IMG/VR virus record: IMGVR_UViG_3300045988_172680
DNA: 62,581 nt
Reading direction: 5' to 3' (one strand)
Source of the DNA: a virus
Part shown: positions 56,628 through 62,581 of the stretch, piece after piece
Position numbering within the stretch: position 1 is the stretch's first letter
Layout of the letters: every line of letters begins with the position of its first letter
The notes under the pieces: generated by a model
The model's database searches: none
The model's input: only the letters and a program-made list of their open reading frames with translations
Told to the model about the DNA's origin: nothing
Position numbers and translations under genes: made by a program

Positions 56628-57080
56628 ATGAATGAACCTTTGAAGAATCAGGTACGTTGGCCGTCTCTGGCTCGCGACCTCGCTATTTTGCAGGTTCCCG
56701 ATAGTCCTACGAACATCAAGTCCATTCTGTCTGAATATGGTCTCACGAAGCAGGAACTTATGGACATCCTGCATAATCCCTATTTCCAGCAGCTTTTTCA
56801 GGGGAGTCTGGAAGAGGTCAAAAATCAGGGCAGCAAAGCTGGGGCAAGATACAGGGCCCTGACGCTTTCTCAAGCGCTTTGGGAAAAATTGTTCCGTGAT
56901 GCTTACAGCGGAGAGATGGACTCCCGTGATGCGCTGAAACTTCTTGATATGCTGGTCAAGGTGGCGGGTCTCGCGGATGCAAAGGAGACCACGCAGGTGA
57001 ATACCCAGGTCAATGTCGCTGTACCTCTTCCGTTGCCGAAGGGTGTAGCCAAGGTGGCCCATGCGCTGCCTGTGGAGTAG
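56628..57080 (+). CDS. Terminase small subunit, putative
   Basis: 150-aa protein immediately upstream of TerL, helical and basic. RBS GGAGACTCAGCACC. Confidence 0.45.
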   Translation: MNEPLKNQVRWPSLARDLAILQVPDSPTNIKSILSEYGLTKQELMDILHNPYFQQLFQGSLEEVKNQGSKAGARYRALTLSQALWEKLFRDAYSGEMDSRDALKLLDMLVKVAGLADAKETTQVNTQVNVAVPLPLPKGVAKVAHALPVE

Positions 57081-57083
57081 ACC

Positions 57084-58592
57084 ATGTTCAACTATGTTCC
57101 GTCTCCTACCGGTATGCTCCTGCATAACTGCGACAAGTACCTCAAAATGATTGTCGGGCCCTATGGGTCAGGGAAATCGTGCGCCTGTGTTGCAGATGTG
57201 CTGACGTGTGCGTGTGCCCAGAATCCTGCCCCAGACGGTGTACGATATGTCCGTGTCGGGGTCGTGCGTTCGTCTTATCCCGAACTCATCGCCACCACGC
57301 GCAGGTCGCTTATCGAACTGCTGCCCGCTGAATATGGTACGATTGCCAGTTCTGGTGCTCCTGTGCGCGGGTTCTATTTCATCCCTCTTCCTGATGGTAC
57401 CAAAGTCTCCCTCGAACTGGAGTTGTGGGCACTCAAGACGGCTGATGATGCCCCCAAGCTGCGGTCTGCCAACTGGACTTTCGCCTGGCTCAATGAAGCT
57501 ACGGGTTGTTCGCCCGAAGTGTACAACGCTGTCACAGGACGTATCGGACGTTACCCGTCTCAGGACCTCGGTGGTATTTCATGGGGCGGCACCATCATGG
57601 ACTTCAACCAGCCCGAACCCGGCTCCTGGCTCGATGAGTACATCCGCAACCCGCAACCCAACTGGGCAGTGTTCAGGCAGCCCCCCGCTGCCTTCAAGCA
57701 CGTCGATGAAGTCACGGGTGCTGTGACCTACGAGGTGAACCCGGATGCCGAGAATCTGCGTAATCTGGGTGCCAGAGAAGAAGGGGACCCGGACGATTTC
57801 ACGCCCGAACAGCAAGGTATGCGGTATTACCGTAACCAGATAGATGCCTTGCTCAAGACCGGGCGCACGGACATCATCGACAACCAGTATTGCATGCTGG
57901 ACGTGCCTATCGTTGATGGCAAGCCGGTCTACTCGAATTTCAACATCAACATCCATGTGGCGGCGGAAGCGCTGGAACCGCGTCCTTTCCAGCCCATCAT
58001 CATCGGTGTCGACCAGTCCGGTATCCATCCTGCTGCGGTCATCTTGCAAAACATCAATGGGACCTGGTGTGTGCTCGATGAATTGTATGCTGATAACGAG
58101 GGGTTCGAGAATTTCCTGCATGGTATGCTGATACCGCTGCTGCGTGGAAGATACAGCACGAATCCTCTAGTTGCTGCCATCGACCCGAGTAATACTCGGG
58201 ATTCATGGCAGGCTGTCACTCCCAAACAGCGTTTTGCTGATGCCGGTATCAAGGCTGTGACGGAGTTGACGAACAATCCCAAGGTACGCATCCAGACTGT
58301 TGAGCATATGCTCAACCAGCGTGCTGGTGGGTTGCTCATTGACCCAGCTTGTCGGATGCTTATTCGCGGTTTCTCGCATGAGTACAGGTACCGCAAGTTG
58401 CGCGCTTCCGGGACGATGGGTTCTGTATACACGCCGAGCCCGGAAAAGAATGATGCGAGTCATGTGCACGATGCGTTACAATACGCAGCACTTCTCATCC
58501 AGCGCGGTGACAACATGGACAAAGACACGACGATGCAGAACGTCAGGGACGAACTCATACGCAGGCGCAGTTCTTTGTCCAGCGTCGTGTAA
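57084..58592 (+). CDS. Terminase large subunit
   Basis: Walker A IVGPYGSGKSCA. ATPase N-domain and nuclease C-domain architecture. 502 aa. Confidence 0.8.
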   Translation: MFNYVPSPTGMLLHNCDKYLKMIVGPYGSGKSCACVADVLTCACAQNPAPDGVRYVRVGVVRSSYPELIATTRRSLIELLPAEYGTIASSGAPVRGFYFIPLPDGTKVSLELELWALKTADDAPKLRSANWTFAWLNEATGCSPEVYNAVTGRIGRYPSQDLGGISWGGTIMDFNQPEPGSWLDEYIRNPQPNWAVFRQPPAAFKHVDEVTGAVTYEVNPDAENLRNLGAREEGDPDDFTPEQQGMRYYRNQIDALLKTGRTDIIDNQYCMLDVPIVDGKPVYSNFNINIHVAAEALEPRPFQPIIIGVDQSGIHPAAVILQNINGTWCVLDELYADNEGFENFLHGMLIPLLRGRYSTNPLVAAIDPSNTRDSWQAVTPKQRFADAGIKAVTELTNNPKVRIQTVEHMLNQRAGGLLIDPACRMLIRGFSHEYRYRKLRASGTMGSVYTPSPEKNDASHVHDALQYAALLIQRGDNMDKDTTMQNVRDELIRRRSSLSSVV

Positions 58593-58631
58593 GATTGACG
58601 CCCAGGTGTGTGATTTGATAGGGAGAAAGTT

Positions 58632-60608
58632 ATGAGCGACGCTATCAACTGGATGCTGGAAATCGAGGACGTGAAGGAGAAATCCCACGACCCGCTGGCC
58701 GATGCCGTCATGGACAGGTTCAATGGCGCTGTGTCGTGGCAGTCTACTGAGCTTGTGAATGGCAAGCCTCTTCGCACTGTGCTTGAGAACTGCTGGAATC
58801 AGCAGAACGGCATCATGTCGTGTGATACGCAGGAACGCGCCAAAGCTCTTGGTGTCGATGCTTACATCAACCTGACTGCTCTGAAAGCCGACATCGCCAA
58901 CTCGTACCTCAATGACGCCATGACAAGTTCCGGGGATGCCTCGCTTCCCTGGACTGTGGTGCCCACGCCGCGTCCCGATATTTCTCCTGTAGCCCAGGAT
59001 GAGATTTTCAACGAGATAAAAGCGCAACTCCAGAGTGGTAGTTTCGAAGATGCTTCTCAGCTCATCGAGGCTATCCGGCAGCAGAAGCGTGAGATGCATT
59101 TCAAAGAAACGGAAAAGGCGAAGAAATCTGCCGACGCCATGATGCTTCTGCTGGCCGACCAGTGTGCTGAAGGCGGATTCAATCGAGCTCTCACCGACTT
59201 CCTGCAATGGTTCCCCATCTATCCTTTTGCAGTTTTCGCTGGCCCCTATATCACGCGGGCCCCGCGTCTCGTATGGGGCAAGAATAAGCCGCGTATTGAT
59301 ACGGAAGTCTTTCCGACATTCCGCGCCATAAGTCCCTTCGACTTTGCCTACAGTCCTGACAGTCCTGATACGCAGCGTGGGACATGTATTTTTACTCGTA
59401 CCCGTTGGACACGGCGCGAGTTGTTGAATGCCTCCAAGCTCGACGGTTACATCGCGGCCAACATCAAGGACATTTTGAAGCAGGCTGACGACCCCAATGT
59501 AGACTTCAACCTGAGCTGGTTGTCTCGGGCCCCGGATGAAGGACAGCGCAATATGGCGTTGTGGTCTTCTAACGTGAGCCCTATCGAGGTCCTGACCCAC
59601 TACGGGCTCATGTCTGGCAGGGAACTGCAAAAATATGACATCCAGGGCCTCGATGATGGCGACTTCTACAACTGCCAGATTTCGTTGGTCCAGGGGCGCG
59701 TCATCGAGGTGAGGGTCTTCTCCGACCCCAAGATACAGACGCGCCCGGTCTATACCGCGAGTTTTTATCGTACTGGCGGAGACCGTATTGCCGGTGATGG
59801 TATCGCCCAGCGTTTGCGCGACATCGAACGTGCTTACATGGCGAGCCTTATGTATCTCATGCGCAATGCGGCCAATGCTTCGGCGCCTATCTGTGAAGCA
59901 GACTACAGGCGCATCGCGTCGTATATCGGCAAGGGTGAGCTCGGGCAAATAGTGCCCGGGAGTCTTTACTTGTCCGACTCTGACCTGGGCAACAACAACA
60001 TGCCCGCATTCCGCTTTACGAATATCCCTTCCAATATCCCGGCGTATGCACAGCTCATGGAAATGTTCATGCAGCTTGCTGACCGTGTCACCAATATCCC
60101 TGCGGCACTCCATGGTGAGGCTGTTGGTTCCGGGGCCATGCGCACGTTCCGTGGCATGTCCATGCTGCAAGGCAATGCCACTAAGGCCCTCCATGCGGCA
60201 GCAGACAACATCGCCTACGGTGTCTTCAAGCCGCTTGGGGAATTGCTCTATAATACCAACATGTTGTTTGCCAAAGACATGGAGGTCAAAGGCGACAGCC
60301 ATATCATCACGAAGGGAGCTGAAGGGCTGCTCAAGAAGGAGATGGAAAAGCAGTCGGCCATGGAGATTCTTCAGACTGTCGGTGCCGCAGCCGGTGCGCT
60401 CGGTCAGGCGGTCAATCTGGCCCCTGTAATCTCCTGGAGTCTCAAGACACTGCTTGGTACTATGGGTGTTCCCGACAATGTTCTGGGCCAGATGGAGCAG
60501 ATGTCACCGATGGGGGTCATGCCGGGAGCTGGGTCTGCTCCCAATCCGGCGCCGCCTTCGCCCACCGGTGCTGGTGTTACGGCTGACATCACAGGAGGTG
60601 AAGCCTGA
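58632..60608 (+). CDS. Portal protein
   Basis: 658 aa immediately downstream of TerL. A long alpha/beta protein with a Gly/Pro-rich C-terminus. Position as in T7-like genomes (gp8). Confidence 0.65.
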   Translation: MSDAINWMLEIEDVKEKSHDPLADAVMDRFNGAVSWQSTELVNGKPLRTVLENCWNQQNGIMSCDTQERAKALGVDAYINLTALKADIANSYLNDAMTSSGDASLPWTVVPTPRPDISPVAQDEIFNEIKAQLQSGSFEDASQLIEAIRQQKREMHFKETEKAKKSADAMMLLLADQCAEGGFNRALTDFLQWFPIYPFAVFAGPYITRAPRLVWGKNKPRIDTEVFPTFRAISPFDFAYSPDSPDTQRGTCIFTRTRWTRRELLNASKLDGYIAANIKDILKQADDPNVDFNLSWLSRAPDEGQRNMALWSSNVSPIEVLTHYGLMSGRELQKYDIQGLDDGDFYNCQISLVQGRVIEVRVFSDPKIQTRPVYTASFYRTGGDRIAGDGIAQRLRDIERAYMASLMYLMRNAANASAPICEADYRRIASYIGKGELGQIVPGSLYLSDSDLGNNNMPAFRFTNIPSNIPAYAQLMEMFMQLADRVTNIPAALHGEAVGSGAMRTFRGMSMLQGNATKALHAAADNIAYGVFKPLGELLYNTNMLFAKDMEVKGDSHIITKGAEGLLKKEMEKQSAMEILQTVGAAAGALGQAVNLAPVISWSLKTLLGTMGVPDNVLGQMEQMSPMGVMPGAGSAPNPAPPSPTGAGVTADITGGEA

Positions 60609-60862
60609 TGGAATTGCTGAACACGCCCTCCCCCAAGAAAGGGACCTGGGCGTACAAGTTTGTGGCCTGGTTTTGTAACAACGTGAATTTTTGTCACGGG
60701 TATCTGTACGACACGGATATTGAAAAACCGGACAATAAGATTTACAACGTTATCTATAGGATGTGGTTGTTCCCGTTCAAACAGAACGATTGCATCTGCT
60801 GCAATACTGTTCGCGGGCTCATATACGGGGCTATCCTCGGTTACATGATGGGGAGTTTCTGA
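60608..60862 (+). CDS. Small hydrophobic protein (84 aa), low GC
   Basis: C-terminal GLIYGAILGYMMGSF. ATGA overlap. Confidence 0.3.
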   Translation: MELLNTPSPKKGTWAYKFVAWFCNNVNFCHGYLYDTDIEKPDNKIYNVIYRMWLFPFKQNDCICCNTVRGLIYGAILGYMMGSF

Positions 60863-61323
60863 TGGCTGTTGTACCTCTTTGGACACCTGAAAATACGACC
60901 GTCTTGTCCTCGGTCTTTACTGTCCACCCGGGTAAAGTGGTCGTCTTGTGGGCATCTGGATTCAATGCTTACAAATTCCGCGTCGAGAATGAAGCGGCTA
61001 CGCCCATGCAAGCCTGCCTGCACCGCATCATTCACGATTTTACAGGTTCCAAGTTGCCTGCTGTCAAGGACAAGACACAGAGTTGCAGTGGATGGGTAGT
61101 CGATGTCGCCAACATTTCGAGCGAACTCGTGGCTGACATTGCTGTCAGCACGCTGAATTGCATGTGGAGCCTGTCTCTCTGTAACAGTGTCATGGCTGTC
61201 GGTATTCCTGGTTCCTACCAGCTCGAACTCAACGATGCCACCATGGTCGGAAAGGCCAATGTCTATGCTGACCTGTACGACATCGGACAGGTGTATGCAC
61301 CGGAAATTTTCATAGGAGGCTAA
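60862..61323 (+). CDS. Hypothetical protein (153 aa)
   Basis: ATG overlapping the upstream stop (TGATG). Confidence 0.35.
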   Translation: MAVVPLWTPENTTVLSSVFTVHPGKVVVLWASGFNAYKFRVENEAATPMQACLHRIIHDFTGSKLPAVKDKTQSCSGWVVDVANISSELVADIAVSTLNCMWSLSLCNSVMAVGIPGSYQLELNDATMVGKANVYADLYDIGQVYAPEIFIGG

Positions 61324-61324
61324 T

Positions 61325-61702
61325 ATGGCTCCTGGTTGTGGTCCTATCGAATTTATTCAGGGTGGCACCATCATTGATGCCACTATCACATCCTCCAACA
61401 TCCAGAACAGCCCTATCTCTGGTTCTGTTCTCAGCGGGTGCACGCTGACCAATCTGGTGTCTATCGACGAAGCCAGTCTGCGTACCATCATCAACGCTAT
61501 GACCAAATTGTCTGCTGATGAGCTGCGTCCTCTGGCCGATGCACTGAATCGTGCTGCTTCCATCGAAGCTGCCAATGCGCCTACTGAACAGGATGGTGCT
61601 ACTCTTGGTACTGTGGTCATCGGCGACCGCGCTACTCTGCTGGGTAAACCGTCTTCCTGGGTGAAGCTCGGGGGCAAATCGCTTCCTGCCTACGACGCTT
61701 AA
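61325..61702 (+). CDS. Hypothetical protein (125 aa)
   Basis: RBS AGGAGGC. Confidence 0.35.
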   Translation: MAPGCGPIEFIQGGTIIDATITSSNIQNSPISGSVLSGCTLTNLVSIDEASLRTIINAMTKLSADELRPLADALNRAASIEAANAPTEQDGATLGTVVIGDRATLLGKPSSWVKLGGKSLPAYDA

Positions 61703-61714
61703 AGGGGGTGCGTT

Positions 61715-61966
61715 ATGGCGACAGTGTTTTCTTGCGCGGAAATCCCTACCGAAAGCGTGTGGGATAAGGCACGGAAGAAAGCCCAAAATCCGGGTATGCT
61801 GGTTAAGGACAATCCGTTTTTGGCGGAATCTGCTGACATACCGGAATCGGGGTATGTGCGGCGCAACATGCAACGTTTGCGTGATGACCAGCATATGCGT
61901 GAATGCCCTTACAATGGGCATGTGTATGCTGGTATCATGGATAACATGCGTTATGGAGGTAAATGA
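61715..61966 (+). CDS. Hypothetical protein (83 aa)
   Basis: RBS AAAGGGGGTG. Confidence 0.35.
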   Translation: MATVFSCAEIPTESVWDKARKKAQNPGMLVKDNPFLAESADIPESGYVRRNMQRLRDDQHMRECPYNGHVYAGIMDNMRYGGK

Positions 61967-62148
61967 TGGGATGTTCTCGTTGCGGTGGTAACTCCCCGCG
62001 CAAGCCTGCGGTTCCCCCGTCCAATGTCGGTATCAATGCCGGTCGTCCCGGTACGGTTATGAATCCTCAGCGTCGACCGTCTGACGACAACAAGTCTGTT
62101 CGTGACACTATCAACGGACTGCGTTATGTCCCGTCTTCTGGCAATTAA
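61963..62148 (+). CDS. Hypothetical basic protein (61 aa)
   Basis: ATGA overlap. Cys pairs at the N-terminus. Confidence 0.3.
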   Translation: MMGCSRCGGNSPRKPAVPPSNVGINAGRPGTVMNPQRRPSDDNKSVRDTINGLRYVPSSGN

Positions 62149-62383
62149 GGGCGACAAATCCGCAGGCGATAACCTTTTGGCTACGCTTGCTGCGAATCAG
62201 GGTGCGCTTCTTTCTCTGGTGGGGTTGTTCGAAACCGCGCTGGAAAAAGAATCCACGGAGTGCGACGCCCTTGCACATGCGGCTCTGCTCGATGAGCAGA
62301 AAAAAGGTTCGGGGTGTATGGCTCTGGGGCGCGTTCTGATGCTTCAGGATATTGTCACCACCCTGAAACAGTACATCAAGTAG
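62102..62383 (+). CDS. Hypothetical protein (93 aa; start uncertain)
   Basis: Overlaps the upstream gene. An alternative ATG lies at 62126. Confidence 0.3.
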   Translation: MTLSTDCVMSRLLAIKGDKSAGDNLLATLAANQGALLSLVGLFETALEKESTECDALAHAALLDEQKKGSGCMALGRVLMLQDIVTTLKQYIK

Positions 62384-62394
62384 GAGAAAGCACT

Positions 62395-62581
62395 ATGTCC
62401 AACAACCCTGCGGCACCTGGCGGCAATACTTCCGTCTCTTCTGCCTTTACGCGTACTCCTGGTATGGCACAGGTTTTTCGTGACCAGTATGCCAGAGCAG
62501 AAGCGGCTGCGACCCAGTCCGAGTCGCAGCAGCCGGTCCAGCAGCCGGTCCAGCAGCCGGTCCAGCAGCCGGTCCAGCAGC
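62395..62581 (+). CDS. Putative head scaffolding protein, 5' portion (continues at 1..869)
   Basis: RBS GGAGAAAGCACT then ATG. The ORF runs off the window end in frame (62 codons plus 1 nt). The remaining 2 nt of the split codon and the rest of the repeat are at window position 1. Confidence 0.5.
   Translation, partial: MSNNPAAPGGNTSVSSAFTRTPGMAQVFRDQYARAEAAATQSESQQPVQQPVQQPVQQPVQQ
62527..62581. repeat. 12-bp tandem repeat (CAGCAGCCGGTC)n continuing into position 1
   Basis: Visible directly. Confidence 0.9.

Noticed and set aside
1-62581. Integrated prophage with att sites or an integrase
   Set aside because: No tyrosine or serine recombinase signature seen in any ORF. No flanking host genes. 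The window closes on itself through one gene, so it is interpreted as a complete phage chromosome.

Overview
This window reads as a complete, circularly closed (or circularly permuted) high-GC phage genome of about 62.6 kb with no host genes. The window starts and ends inside the same (CAGCAGCCGGTC)n repeat of one gene (62395..62581 joined to 1..869). Joining end to start restores that ORF in frame.

Layout:
- A plus-strand T7-like virion/packaging module (TerS 56628, TerL 57084, portal 58632, small genes, scaffold across the junction, major capsid protein 888, tail and virion proteins to about 11914, then two very large internal virion proteins, 11920..15489 and 15501..18824). It ends with a collagen-like protein and a Cys-rich protein, then a strong bidirectional terminator at 20676..20740.
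- A minus-strand replication/early module (41104 leftward to 20803): small unknowns, a MoxR/CobS-like AAA+ ATPase, a DUF3150-like gene, a vWA (CobT-like) protein, a HicA-like small gene pair, a family A DNA polymerase that carries a mini-intein in motif B, a Cas4-like PD-(D/E)xK exonuclease, VRR-NUC, a four-repeat HTH protein, an SNF2-family helicase, an HTH protein, a Gp157-like protein, an unknown protein with a repeat tail, a PrimPol plus SF3/D5 primase-helicase, and a BRO-N antirepressor.
- An AT-rich non-coding control or origin-like region (41105..42252) with TTTCGCGAG boxes, a 37-bp inverted repeat and a 45-bp tandem array of about 4.5 copies.
- A plus-strand block (43586..56494) with a DnaQ-like exonuclease, a beta-helix protein, dUTPase, a divergent ThyX-family protein, small genes, a lysis cassette (lipoprotein, M15 endolysin, holin-like protein), three paralogous tail fibres, a low-GC glycine-rich fibre-tip protein and a tail fibre assembly-like protein.

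I found no integrase, phage RNA polymerase, reverse transcriptase, tRNA or CRISPR array. The long antisense ORFs are high-GC artefacts. Some starts were trimmed from the ORF track by RBS inspection. Near 33361..33420 my reading of the printed sequence is offset by 1 nt from the ORF track, and I followed the track.
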